Shown: positions 1 to 9,725 of the stretch, one piece after another | Layout of the letters: each line of letters starts with the position of its first letter | Numbering within the stretch: position 1 is the first letter of the stretch | Program-made: the position numbers and the translations under genes | The notes under the pieces: model-generated | Seen by the model: only the letters and a program-made list of their open reading frames with translations | What the model was told of the DNA's origin: nothing | The model's database searches: none | Origin: an uncultured Gemmatimonadales bacterium | Lineage (GTDB): Bacteria; Gemmatimonadota; Gemmatimonadetes; Gemmatimonadales; GWC2-71-9 | Length of the DNA: 64,000 bases | Reading direction: 5' to 3' | Assembly: GCA_963729985.1 (NCBI GenBank) | Contig: CAVSPJ010000001.1 | Coordinates: forward strand, 896,156 to 960,155

Positions 1-315
1 CTCGCCCAGGTGGCCGACCACATCGACCACGTCCGCAAGGTGGCCGGGGCGGACCATGTGGCCATCGGCAGCGATTTCGACGGCTTCGACTTCACGCCGG
101 TCGGCCTGGAGGACGTATCGACCTTCCCGCGGCTCTTCGCCGAGCTGGTGCGCCGGGGCTGGAGTGACGAGGACCTCCGGAAACTGGCCGGGAAGAACCT
201 CCTCCGAGTGCTTCGCACGGCGGAATCCTCCGCGGCCCGCCTGCAGCGGGAGCGGCAGCCTTCGACCCGCACGATCGAACAGCTCGACGGGGCGGCGAGG
301 GTTTCCACTCCCTAG
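1..315 (+). CDS. membrane dipeptidase (peptidase family M19), C-terminal fragment entering from the left edge
   Basis: Frame is open from base 1 to TAG 313-315. HIDHVRKVAGADHVAIGSDFDGF...LRKLAGKNLLRVL is the conserved C-terminal block of renal-type dipeptidases. Confidence 0.8.
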   Translation, partial: LAQVADHIDHVRKVAGADHVAIGSDFDGFDFTPVGLEDVSTFPRLFAELVRRGWSDEDLRKLAGKNLLRVLRTAESSAARLQRERQPSTRTIEQLDGAARVSTP

Positions 316-325
316 GCGCGGCCGA

Positions 326-1042
326 TCACTCCGATCGTGGGTGGGAAGTCTTTGTCCGACCCACCACCAGCACCGCGAACGCGATCGTCATTCCCGCGAA
401 CACGAACCACTGGATGGCGTAGTTCAGGTGCGGTCCGTCGTCCGGCTGGGGTGGGACAAGCCTTCGAGGCGAGGCGGGCAGCGAGGAGTCCGGTGTCTGG
501 CGCACGACGATCGGCGCCAGCGGGTAGGGCAGCCGCTTTCGCAGCGCCGCCAGATCGAGCCGCGCCCAGGTGGTCTGGCCGGCATGAACGACCGCTTGGC
601 CGCCGCCGCTGCCGATGGGGGTGGCCAATCCTCTCACCCGGACCACCCCGCGCTCCACCAGTGAGTCGGTACGGACCCTCACCGCGTCGGGGGCCGGCAC
701 GAATCCCCGCAGCACCAGCAGGGCCGTGTCACTCGTCGCCCGCCGGAGCGGGGTCACCAGCTGCACGCCGGGCGCGCCCTCGAGAGACCGGCCGCGCAAT
801 ACGATCTCGTGTTCGTAATCGTAGACCCCGACAGCCTCCACCCACCGACCGCTCGGGTCGTCCGCCGTGCCGTTCCCGCGTGCCCCTAATTGGAGCAGCG
901 GCTTCGCGCGCGCCGCAAGCGCCGCCTGATTCGCGGCGCGGCGCTCCGAGCGCCGCGTCAGCTGCCAGACACCGAGCCTGACGAAGAGCGCCGCGATGAG
1001 CAGGAGCCCGAGGATGGCGATCCGGCGAGTCGTGGGGGACAT
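326..1042 (-). CDS. SURF1 family cytochrome oxidase assembly protein
   Basis: 238-aa ORF. N-terminal TM helix followed by GVWQLTRR; C-terminal HLNYAIQWFVFAG plus a second TM helix. Confidence 0.8.
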   Translation of the reverse strand: MSPTTRRIAILGLLLIAALFVRLGVWQLTRRSERRAANQAALAARAKPLLQLGARGNGTADDPSGRWVEAVGVYDYEHEIVLRGRSLEGAPGVQLVTPLRRATSDTALLVLRGFVPAPDAVRVRTDSLVERGVVRVRGLATPIGSGGGQAVVHAGQTTWARLDLAALRKRLPYPLAPIVVRQTPDSSLPASPRRLVPPQPDDGPHLNYAIQWFVFAGMTIAFAVLVVGRTKTSHPRSE

Positions 1043-1217
1043 GATCTGTCTGTGGTCGAGGACGAGCGACGTGGCGAACAGCCACGGGGGTCACGGCTAA
1101 CTCCGCCTGGCCCAACCGCTTCCACCGGATGGTGCCGCGGTCCGGGGTTTGCCATGACGGCCTGGGCGAGGGTCCTGCTGGTCTGCGACTCAACATAACG
1201 ACGGCGCGGGGGTAACC

Positions 1218-1823
1218 ATGAGCATCGAGTGGCGCGGCATCACGGCCGCGATCGCCCTCCTCCTGATCGGTTCGGGCGGCGCCCTGGGGCAGGAGGCGCC
1301 CCGGGGGCTCTCGCTGGTTCGAGAGGGCGATCGCGCCGGCCTCTGGGGTGGGTTCTCGCTCGGCGCCGGCGGAGAGGCGTTCGACCTCCGCGACGGCGCC
1401 GGGTATACCGAGGAGCTTTACCGCCCCACCGTGTCTTTTCGCCTCGGGGGTACCGTAAACCAGAATCTCCGGCTCGGCGGTGAGGTGCTGGCGTGGATCA
1501 ACGAGCGGGACCGGAGTGTCGAATCACTCACCAGCCTGCTCTTCGTAGGCCAGTTGTATCCCCTGGCGACCTCGGGCGTTTATTTGAAGGGGGGCGTCGG
1601 TCTGGGCCGGAACGCGGTGGACTTCGACGGCGGCGGTGGAGTGGGTGACACCGGCTTCGCCGGACTGGTCGGAGCCGGATGGGAGCTCCGCGTGGGCCGC
1701 CGCTGGTATCTCAATCCTTCGGTCGATGTCGTTGGCCATAGCTACACCGGCGGCGGCAACGAGCGATATCGCGAGCGATTGGTCAATTTCGGGTTCGGCG
1801 TGGTTTTCCAGAGCGGACGTTGA
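1218..1823 (+). CDS. small outer-membrane beta-barrel protein, function unknown
   Basis: 201-aa ORF with a signal peptide (AIALLLIGSGGALG/QE). Gly/aromatic-rich alternating strands, C-terminal NFGFGVVFQSGR. First gene of the co-directional block. Confidence 0.5.
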   Translation: MSIEWRGITAAIALLLIGSGGALGQEAPRGLSLVREGDRAGLWGGFSLGAGGEAFDLRDGAGYTEELYRPTVSFRLGGTVNQNLRLGGEVLAWINERDRSVESLTSLLFVGQLYPLATSGVYLKGGVGLGRNAVDFDGGGGVGDTGFAGLVGAGWELRVGRRWYLNPSVDVVGHSYTGGGNERYRERLVNFGFGVVFQSGR

Positions 1824-1864
1824 AGCGATCCGCCGAAGGCCGGCCGAGCCGGTGGGTGGTACCG

Positions 1865-2590
1865 ATGACGAAGATACATCGTACATTCGTGCGCTCTTTC
1901 CCCGCGGTGGCCCTGAGCCTGGTCCTGGGGTGCGGCGGCGATCTCCTGCTTCCGACCTCGTCGGGGCAGGGAGTCGATCTCGCTATCCTCGGTGGAAACG
2001 GCCAGACCGGAACCGTGGGTCAGGAGCTCCCCGAACCGCTTGTGGTCGGCGTCGAGTCGGCTGCGGGTCCGATCGCAGGTCATCGGGTCGCGTTCGTCGT
2101 GGCCGGCGACCCGGCTGCGGGACGGCTCGACCCCGATACCGCGGTCACCGGCCCGGACGGCCGCGCGGTCGCACGCTGGGTGCTGGGCTCGACGCCGGGT
2201 CCGCACGAGGTGGTAGCGCAGCTGGTCGTCAGCGAGCCGGCGCCGCCTCCGACGGCGGTGTTCGAGGCCTCCGCGCTGGCGGGCGAGCCGGACACCGTTC
2301 GGGCCGTGAGCCCGGTCAGTCAGCCGGGAAGGCTCGGGCGGCCGGCGACCGAGGATCCGACCGTTCTGGTTGTGGACCGATTCGGAAATCCGGTCGGCGG
2401 CGTGCCGGTGGAGTGGACCGTGACCGCCGGCAGAGGCGAGGTCAGCAGCTCCCAGTCGGCCACCGGAGCGGATGGCAAGGCGGCGGTGACCTGGACTCTG
2501 GGCCTGAGCGTCGGAGTGCAAAAATTGACGGCTCGAGTCGACGGGGCGCACGGCTCGCCAGTGACCTTCACGGCCACGGTGCTGTTCTGA
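1865..2590 (+). CDS. Ig-fold (Big_1-like) repeat lipoprotein, paralog 1
   Basis: ORF 1820..2590; likely ATG at 1865 (MTKIHRTF). Lipobox LVLGC followed by GGD. Two repeats with the D.FGNPVGGVPVEWTV..G.G...TGADGKAAVTWTLG pattern. Confidence 0.7.
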   Translation: MTKIHRTFVRSFPAVALSLVLGCGGDLLLPTSSGQGVDLAILGGNGQTGTVGQELPEPLVVGVESAAGPIAGHRVAFVVAGDPAAGRLDPDTAVTGPDGRAVARWVLGSTPGPHEVVAQLVVSEPAPPPTAVFEASALAGEPDTVRAVSPVSQPGRLGRPATEDPTVLVVDRFGNPVGGVPVEWTVTAGRGEVSSSQSATGADGKAAVTWTLGLSVGVQKLTARVDGAHGSPVTFTATVLF

Positions 2591-2757
2591 GTGCGGGTGC
2601 GTCGTAACGTCTCCGCAACAGGTGCCCGAATCGGGTGAGGAAGTCCTAGTCCCGCAATACATTAAGCCCGAGGGCCGGACTCGCCTTTCGGCATGCATCA
2701 TGCTTTCTTCCGCCCCAGCCCGGGCGCTCCGGGCAGCCCCTCGAATCCAGAGCGGAC

Positions 2758-5700
2758 GTGATTAAGACACCCCAGAGCCTAGCCTTTTCGATCGGAATCC
2801 TGCTCACCACACTCGTTGCCGGGTGTGGAGGCGACGTCGTTCTTCCCAACGAAGGCGAGGCCGCGAGTCTCGAAATTCTCAACGGCGATGACCAGTTTGG
2901 ACAGGTCGGCGCCGCGTTACCCGACCAAGTCGTGGTCCGGGTGACGGACACCCGGGCCCGTCCGGTGGTCAATCAGGACGTGGCGTTCTCTATCGGGAGC
3001 GGCGGCGGGTCGGTGGCCCCGGCTACCGTGAAGACCGATGCCGTCGGCCACGCCGCCGCCGACTGGACCCTCGGTCCGAACGCGGGGAGCCAGTTGCTGC
3101 GGGTGCAGACCGCCCGGGGCGGGTCCGGCACGCTGGAAGTGACCTTCCGTGCGACCGCGGTCGCGGGGACCGGGAGCATTCTCGTCGGCGTCCGCGGAGA
3201 CGATCAGACCGGGCCGGTCAACTCCGCGCTGGCCGACTCGTTGGTCGTGAAGGCCACCGACGCGCTGGGCAACCCGGTGGCCAACGTCGAAGTCTCGTGG
3301 ACCGTTTCGGGCGGTGGCTCCATCCAGCCTCTAACCGTGCTGACCGATGCCGGCGGGCTCGCGGCCGCGGAGCGGGTGCTCGGTGCCACGGCCGGCGCCC
3401 AAAGCGCGCGGGCCACGGTGGAGGGGTTCACCGGTTCTCCGGTCGTCTTCAGCCACACGGCGGTCCCCGCGAATCCCACCGACCTGGTGCTGGTGTCCGG
3501 CAGCGGCCAGGTCGCTCCCGGCGGGTTCGAGGTGGCGGAGGATCTCGTGGTCCGCCTGCAGGACGACAATGGGAACGGCATCGGCGGTCGGCCGATCACC
3601 TGGGTAGTGCCCGCAGGCGCGGGTTCGGTCACCCCGGTAAACACCACGACCAATGCGAATGGATTGGCGACCACCCGGTGGACCCTGCCGACGCTGGTGG
3701 GGAACTACACCGTGAGCGCGGTCTTTTCCGGCTTGCCTCCGGTGCCCTTCACCGCGACGGCGACCGCCGACGTGCCGACCACGATCGAGGAGGCGGGTGG
3801 CAACAACCAGAGCGCGCCGGTGGGGACCTCGCTGCCGAACCCGCTGGTCGTCAAGGTCACCGACGCCACCGGCAATCCGGTGACGGGGGTCTCGGTGAAC
3901 TGGACCGCGGAGGGTGGTGGCTCGGTGTCCGCGGCGACGTCGGGGACGAACGCGTCCGGCCTGGCGCAGATCACCAGAACCGTCGGAGCTACCCCGGGCC
4001 AGTACACCACGAGGGCCGAGGTAGGGGGCCTGAGTGGATCGCCGGTCACCTTCGCCTCCACGGCAACCGTCGGGCCCCCGGCCCGCCTCGCGATCACGAC
4101 CGCGCCGGGTAGCCCCACGGTCAGCGGGGACGCGCTCTCCCCGGCCCCCGTGATTCAGGTGCAGGACCTCCAGGGCAACGCCGTCGGCAGCCCACTTGGC
4201 AGCGGCATCACGGTGACGGTCGCGATCAGCTCGGGGCAGGTCGGAGCGAGCCTGATCAATACGGAGCGCAACACCAACGGGAGTGGCCGGGCGACGTTCA
4301 GCAACCTCCGGATCAGCGGGCCGCCGGACGACGATTACGTGCTGACCTTTACCGCGACGGCCGCCAGCGGGCCGCTCGTTCCCGTGAGCTCCGGGCCACT
4401 TGTCGTCACCGCGGGCGCCGCCAACCGGCTGGTGATCATTCAGCAGCCTTCGGCGACTGCCCAAAGCGGCGTGGCCTTCGCTCAGCAGCCCAGCGTACAG
4501 GTTCAGGACGCGAGCGGAAACCCCATCGCGGGCAACGTCACCATCACCGCGCAGGTAGGCCAGGGTTCCGGCACGGTATCGGGCACGACCACTGCCAGCA
4601 CCGGCGGCTCGGCCACGGCGAGCTTCAGCGGGCTCGGGATCAGCGGCCCGGTAGGCACCAAGACGATCATCTTCACGTCCGGAGCGTTGGCGCCGGGCGA
4701 GTCCAATTCGATCACCCTGTCGGCGGGGCCGCCCGCATCCATCGCGATCCAGGCGGGAAACGATCAATCTGCCGGCGTCAACCAGGCGGTCTCGACCGCC
4801 CCCGCGGCGATCGTGCGTGATGCGAGCAACAACCCGGTGGCGAATGTGGACGTGAATTTCCAGGTAACCGGAGGCGGCGGAACGGTAACGCCGGGCACGG
4901 TGGCCACGGGAAGCAACGGCATCGCGACCGTCACCAGCTGGACCCTGGGACCCTCGGCCGGGCCCAATACGATGACCGCCACGGCCACGGGGCTCAATAC
5001 GGTCACGTTCACCGCGACCGGCACCACGACCGCCACCAGCACCAGCCTCTCCGCCGACCCCGGCACTTCGGTCGCGGGCGAGCCGGTGACGTTCACCGCC
5101 ACGGTCACGGGCGGCGGGGGCACGCCCGCGGGACTGGTCAGCTTCCGCGACGACGGGGCCGAGATCGGCCAGGGGACGCTGGACGGCGGCGGAGTCGCGA
5201 CGTTCCAGACGTCCAGTCTTGCCGCCGGCACCCACCCGATCACGGCGGAATACCTGGGGAACGGACCCTTCGCCGCCAGCACCTCTAACACGGTGAACTA
5301 CAGCGTGTCGGCGAGCAACGTGGCGCCGAGCGCCCAGGCAGACACGTTCAACGTCAACGAGGATGCTACCCTGACCGTCGCCGCCAACGGCGTGCTCGGC
5401 AACGACGACGACGACGACGGTGACCCGCTCACCGCTCAGCTCGTGACGGGTCCTACCCACGAACAGAGCTTTACGCTCAACTCGAACGGATCCTTCAGCT
5501 ACACGCCCGAGAGCAACTTCAACGGCGGCGACTCGTTCACCTATCGAGCGAACGACGGCCAGGCCAATTCCAACAACGCGATCGTCACCCTCACGGTGAT
5601 CGCGGTGAATGACAGCCCCACCTTCACCATAGACGGGGACGTCTCGACTTCGTCGCTGACCAGCTCGACGATGGGAGAATCGCACGCGGGCTGGGCCAGT

Positions 5701-5946
5701 GGAATCAGTCCCGGTCCCTCGGATGAGATCACCCAGGACGTTACCTTCGAAATTTCCACCGATGCCGATGATGCCTTCGATACGCCCCCCCAGATCACGC
5801 CTCTCCAGACCGACTCCGTCAGAAACCTCACCTACCAACCGAGCCAGCGCTCCGACACCTTGGTCGTGAACGCGACGATCACCGCCACCGACAGCGGCGG
5901 AGCCGTCAGCCCCGGGCAGGACTTCACCATCACGATCAACCCCTGA
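2758..5946 (+). CDS. large Ig-fold repeat lipoprotein, paralog 2 (Big_1-like repeats, Big_3-like Ig domain, cadherin-like/VCBS-type module)
   Basis: 1062-aa ORF with GTG start and lipobox LVAGC-GGD. About 7 repeats of D..GNPV...V.W.V..GGG...T...G.A...W.LG. Also carries GTHPITAEYLGNGPFAAS and NEDATLTVAANGVLGNDDDDDGDPLTAQLV...FSYTP...FTYRANDG...VNDSP. Confidence 0.75.
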   Translation: MIKTPQSLAFSIGILLTTLVAGCGGDVVLPNEGEAASLEILNGDDQFGQVGAALPDQVVVRVTDTRARPVVNQDVAFSIGSGGGSVAPATVKTDAVGHAAADWTLGPNAGSQLLRVQTARGGSGTLEVTFRATAVAGTGSILVGVRGDDQTGPVNSALADSLVVKATDALGNPVANVEVSWTVSGGGSIQPLTVLTDAGGLAAAERVLGATAGAQSARATVEGFTGSPVVFSHTAVPANPTDLVLVSGSGQVAPGGFEVAEDLVVRLQDDNGNGIGGRPITWVVPAGAGSVTPVNTTTNANGLATTRWTLPTLVGNYTVSAVFSGLPPVPFTATATADVPTTIEEAGGNNQSAPVGTSLPNPLVVKVTDATGNPVTGVSVNWTAEGGGSVSAATSGTNASGLAQITRTVGATPGQYTTRAEVGGLSGSPVTFASTATVGPPARLAITTAPGSPTVSGDALSPAPVIQVQDLQGNAVGSPLGSGITVTVAISSGQVGASLINTERNTNGSGRATFSNLRISGPPDDDYVLTFTATAASGPLVPVSSGPLVVTAGAANRLVIIQQPSATAQSGVAFAQQPSVQVQDASGNPIAGNVTITAQVGQGSGTVSGTTTASTGGSATASFSGLGISGPVGTKTIIFTSGALAPGESNSITLSAGPPASIAIQAGNDQSAGVNQAVSTAPAAIVRDASNNPVANVDVNFQVTGGGGTVTPGTVATGSNGIATVTSWTLGPSAGPNTMTATATGLNTVTFTATGTTTATSTSLSADPGTSVAGEPVTFTATVTGGGGTPAGLVSFRDDGAEIGQGTLDGGGVATFQTSSLAAGTHPITAEYLGNGPFAASTSNTVNYSVSASNVAPSAQADTFNVNEDATLTVAANGVLGNDDDDDGDPLTAQLVTGPTHEQSFTLNSNGSFSYTPESNFNGGDSFTYRANDGQANSNNAIVTLTVIAVNDSPTFTIDGDVSTSSLTSSTMGESHAGWASGISPGPSDEITQDVTFEISTDADDAFDTPPQITPLQTDSVRNLTYQPSQRSDTLVVNATITATDSGGAVSPGQDFTITINP
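5404..5418 (+). repeat. (GAC)5 trinucleotide run encoding DDDDD inside paralog 2
   Basis: gacgacgacgacgac read directly; it lies in the putative Ca-binding acidic loop of the cadherin-like module. Confidence 0.9.
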
Positions 5947-6025
5947 TCCTTCCGCAACTCCTGTCATAGCAGTTACTTGGCCGGACGTGTGACCCAAGTC
6001 CTAGTCCGGCGCGGGTAACGGCGCT

Positions 6026-8227
6026 ATGCTCTGCCCGATGCGTCATCTTCGACTTCTCGCGATCGGTCTCGCTTCTACCGTGGTCGCCTCCTGCGGAGGC
6101 GACGACCTCGTGCTTCCCAGCGAAGGCCAGCCGGCGGTGATCACCATCATTCAGGGGAAAGGCCAGACCGGCCGGGTGGGCGAAACGCTCGCCGAGCCGC
6201 TCGTGGTCGAGGTGATCGACGGTGCCGACCGACCGGTGGCGGCCGCGACCGTCGTGGTCGAGATCTCCGGCGCGGTGTCGGAGCCCGACACCCTCTCGAC
6301 CGATGCCAAAGGGCGGGCCGAAGCCCGGATCACACTGGGATCACAGGTGGGCGAGCTCGCCGGCGCGGTGCGCGTGATCGCACCGGAGAGCCCGGTGGCG
6401 GTCGAGGCGAGCTTCAACATGGTGGCCGTGGCCGCTTCCGCCAACGGGCTCGCCGGCGTGTCGGGCGACGGGCAGAGCGGCGTCGCCGGAACCGAGCTCG
6501 CCGAGCCACTCGTGGTGGAGGTGACCGACGCGTTCGGCAATCCGATCGAGGGCGTCACCATCACCTGGGCCCCGGACGCCGGGAGCGTCAGCGAGAGCTC
6601 CACCGTCACCGACGGCTCCGGTAGAACCTCGGTCGCCCGAACCCTCGGGCCCGCCGCCGGATCGCAGACTACGCTCGCGAGCTCCGAAGGTCTCGCCGGC
6701 TCTCCGGTGACCTTCACCCATACCGTTACAGCCGGCAGTGCATCGGGTGTCCTCGTCGCAGCGGGAAACAACCAGACGGCCGCGCCCGGGGCCACCCTCC
6801 CCGAGGACCTGGTGGTGCAGGTGGTGGATGCAGACGGCAATCCGGTGGTGGCCGCCGCGGTCACCTGGGTGGTGACGGCGGGCGGGGGCACGCTCTCGCC
6901 GGCGACCGGAGCGACGGACGCGAACGGCCGCGCCGCTACCCGGTGGACGCTTGGCGCGTCGGCCGGGGCCAATACCGCCCAGGCGATCGTCTCCGGCGTC
7001 GGGGAGGCGGCGTTCAACGCAACTGCCGCCGCGGGTACCGCCAGCCAGATCCGAGTGGTTTCGGGTGACGGTCAGACCGCCCAGGCCGGAGCCCGGCTCC
7101 CCGCCGCGCTGGTAGTCCAGGTGCTCGACGGCGCCGGGAACCCGGTGAACGGGGCGGTGGTGAGTTGGGCCGTCGAATCGGGAGGTGGGGCGCTCTCCCC
7201 GGCTTCCGGCCCGGCCGGCGCGGACGGCCAGGCTTCGACTTCCTGGACGCTGGGCCCGGGGACCGGGACCCAGCGGGTGCGAGCATCCACACCTGGCGCG
7301 GGCTCCGTTCGATTCGAGGCGACCTCCACGGCGGGTGCGCCCTCGGCGCTGGGGCTCACAACCCAGCCATCCGGCAAGGCACAGCTTGGCCTGCCGTTCG
7401 GTCGGCAGCCGGTGATCCAGGTGCGCGACGCCTCGGGGAATCCGGTCCAGACGGCGGGCGTGATAGTCACCGCGGCCATCGCCAGCGGGGCCGGACAGCT
7501 CATAGGCACCGCGACCAGGACGACGGGGTCGAACGGGCGGGCGTCCTTCACGAATCTCGGTATTCAGGGTGCCGTCGGGCGCCACTCGCTGATCTTCGCG
7601 GCGAGCGGATTCACCTCCGTGACGTCCTCGAGCATCGACATCGACCCGGTCGAGACCACCACTCGTATCACATCGGACGCCCCCGATCCGTCGGCCCCGG
7701 GTCAGGGCGTGGCGGTGGTCTTCGAAGTCACCTCGCCCGGCGGGGCTCCGTCGGGCACGGTGGACGTCACGGCCTCAGGCGGGCCGGAGACCTGCAGCGC
7801 CTCGGCGGCGGCCGGGCAGTGCACCATCGTGCTAAATGGGGCGGGGTCGCGCACCCTCACCGCCCGCTTTCAGGGGGGAGTGCTGTTCAAGGCGAGCTCG
7901 GGTTCGACCTCGCACAACGTCGTCGTCCCGAACACTCCGCCGACCGCGGTCGACGATGGCTACTCCGCGACCGCCGGCGTGACCTTGTCCGTCTCCCAAG
8001 CCGACGGGGTGCTGGCCAACGACTCCGACCCAGACGATCCGATGACCGCCCAACTGCTCACCTCCCCGAGCCACGGCTCCGTCACCCTGAATTCCGACGG
8101 CTCGTTCGACTACACGTCCACTCCCACGTACTTCGGACAGGACACGTTCACCTACCAGGTGAACGCCGGGGGCGCAACGGCGTCGGCCACGGTCAGAGTC
8201 ACCGTCAACCTTCCTCCAGGTCCCTGA
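6026..8227 (+). CDS. Ig-fold repeat lipoprotein, paralog 3 (Big_1-like repeats plus cadherin-like/VCBS-type C-terminal module)
   Basis: 733-aa ORF (alternative ATG at 6038), lipobox VVASC-GGDD, repeated D.FGNPI/V motifs. C-terminal TAVDDGYSATAGVTLSVSQADGVLANDSDPDDPMTAQLL...FDYTS...FTYQVN. Confidence 0.75.
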   Translation: MLCPMRHLRLLAIGLASTVVASCGGDDLVLPSEGQPAVITIIQGKGQTGRVGETLAEPLVVEVIDGADRPVAAATVVVEISGAVSEPDTLSTDAKGRAEARITLGSQVGELAGAVRVIAPESPVAVEASFNMVAVAASANGLAGVSGDGQSGVAGTELAEPLVVEVTDAFGNPIEGVTITWAPDAGSVSESSTVTDGSGRTSVARTLGPAAGSQTTLASSEGLAGSPVTFTHTVTAGSASGVLVAAGNNQTAAPGATLPEDLVVQVVDADGNPVVAAAVTWVVTAGGGTLSPATGATDANGRAATRWTLGASAGANTAQAIVSGVGEAAFNATAAAGTASQIRVVSGDGQTAQAGARLPAALVVQVLDGAGNPVNGAVVSWAVESGGGALSPASGPAGADGQASTSWTLGPGTGTQRVRASTPGAGSVRFEATSTAGAPSALGLTTQPSGKAQLGLPFGRQPVIQVRDASGNPVQTAGVIVTAAIASGAGQLIGTATRTTGSNGRASFTNLGIQGAVGRHSLIFAASGFTSVTSSSIDIDPVETTTRITSDAPDPSAPGQGVAVVFEVTSPGGAPSGTVDVTASGGPETCSASAAAGQCTIVLNGAGSRTLTARFQGGVLFKASSGSTSHNVVVPNTPPTAVDDGYSATAGVTLSVSQADGVLANDSDPDDPMTAQLLTSPSHGSVTLNSDGSFDYTSTPTYFGQDTFTYQVNAGGATASATVRVTVNLPPGP

Positions 8228-8381
8228 CCCCACCTACCGCAACCGCATGTGGTGAAAAATCTTGCACTCCTCGGGCCGGAGCGGGTTTGTGTGATCCAGG
8301 ACCCTATCGTCCGGGTTCCCGGCGTGCTAAGGTAGACCTCCCGAAATCATCGTCGACCCCCCCTCTCCAACGGGGTGCAAT

Positions 8382-9725
8382 TTGCGCTACTTCCGTGCGC
8401 TGGCCGCGTTGTTGTCCCTGGTCTCCGGCGTCGCCTGCGGCGGAGGCGACCTGGTGCTACCCGAGGACCAGGTGCCGGTGGAAATCACGGTCGTCGAGGG
8501 CAATGGTCAGATCGGCGCGGTCGGGGCCGAGTTGACCGAGCCGCTCCAGGTACAGGTGTTGGACGTCCAGGGACGCGGGGTGCCGGGAGTGCGAGTCGCC
8601 TTCAAGCTCGGTGCACGGGCAAACGGGGGCGACATGAGCCCGGATACCGCGCTCACCAACGCCGACGGGCTCGCCTCCTCACGCTGGGTGCTGGGGGGTG
8701 CGCCAGGCCGGCAGGAGGTGCAGGCACAGATCGTCGGGGCGAGCGTGGCCGTCACGTTCGTGGCCGAAGCCGAGCAGACTTCCGGGCTCCGACTCGAGCT
8801 CTCCAGCGGGGATGAGCAGGAGGGTGAGACCGGTGCCGAGCTCGCCGAGCCCCTGATCGTCCGGTTGGTGGACGAGGGTGGTGAGGGGGTTCCGGACCAG
8901 GCGGTAGCCTGGGTCGTCGCAATCGGTGAGGGTACGGCGGCGCCGCAATCGACCGGCACCGATGCCGACGGTTTCGCCAGCACTACCTGGACCCTCGGCC
9001 CGAAGGCCGGTCTCAACACCTTGAACGCTGTAGTATCCGGCGTCGGTGTTGTAAGCTTCACGGCAACCGGCGTGGCCCAAGGCGGCGGCGGGCCAAGCCC
9101 GGAACGCTCTAGCGTCACTGCGTCACCATCCGACATCGTCGTGGGCGCCGGCGTCTCCACCATCACGGTGAAGGTGCGCGACGGGTCGGGTGCCGCGGTC
9201 TCAGGCGCCACCGTCACGCTGACGGCCACGGGTGGCGGCAACATCCTGACCCAGCCGCAGGCCCGCACCGGCGCTGACGGCGTGGCCACCGGAACGCTGC
9301 AGTCGGCGATACCGGGTACCAAAGTCGTGTCGGCCGTGGTGAACGGATCCATCGCGATTACGGAGACGGCAGCCGTCACGGTGACCGCCCTGCCCCAGGC
9401 CAATGGCCTCCGGTTCCGGGTGCAACCGTCCGACACGGAGAAGGACGAGGCGATTTCGCCGGTGGTCGAGGTCGCCGTCGTGGACCAGCAGGGGGAGGTA
9501 GTGCCGGTGTCGGGCGTCGAGATCGCGATCGAGCTGATTCGGAAAGACGGCCACGACTCCCGCGACCTCGAAGGCGACCTCACGCAGGACACGGAGGACG
9601 GCGTCGCGGTGTTTCCCGACCTGGTGGTGGACCGCGAGGACAAGGACTATCGGCTCCGCGCCTCGGCGCCCGCCAGGCCGGAGTTGGGAACGGTCGAAAG
9701 CGAACCCTTCGACATCGAGGATTGA
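8382..9725 (+). CDS. Ig-fold repeat lipoprotein, paralog 4 (includes an invasin-type Big_1 domain)
   Basis: 447-aa ORF with TTG start and lipobox SGVAC-GGGD. SSVTASPSDIVVGAGVSTITVKVRDGSGAAVSGATVTLTATGGG...TGADGVATGTLQS is classic Big_1. Confidence 0.7.
   Translation: MRYFRALAALLSLVSGVACGGGDLVLPEDQVPVEITVVEGNGQIGAVGAELTEPLQVQVLDVQGRGVPGVRVAFKLGARANGGDMSPDTALTNADGLASSRWVLGGAPGRQEVQAQIVGASVAVTFVAEAEQTSGLRLELSSGDEQEGETGAELAEPLIVRLVDEGGEGVPDQAVAWVVAIGEGTAAPQSTGTDADGFASTTWTLGPKAGLNTLNAVVSGVGVVSFTATGVAQGGGGPSPERSSVTASPSDIVVGAGVSTITVKVRDGSGAAVSGATVTLTATGGGNILTQPQARTGADGVATGTLQSAIPGTKVVSAVVNGSIAITETAAVTVTALPQANGLRFRVQPSDTEKDEAISPVVEVAVVDQQGEVVPVSGVEIAIELIRKDGHDSRDLEGDLTQDTEDGVAVFPDLVVDREDKDYRLRASAPARPELGTVESEPFDIED

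Noticed and set aside
3331-5997. 888-aa minus-strand ORF, the longest ORF on that strand
   Set aside because: It is antisense to paralog 2. The translation is Arg/Gly/Pro/Asp low complexity with no motifs, typical of an open antisense frame in GC-rich DNA. The plus-strand frame has the domain structure and high GC3.
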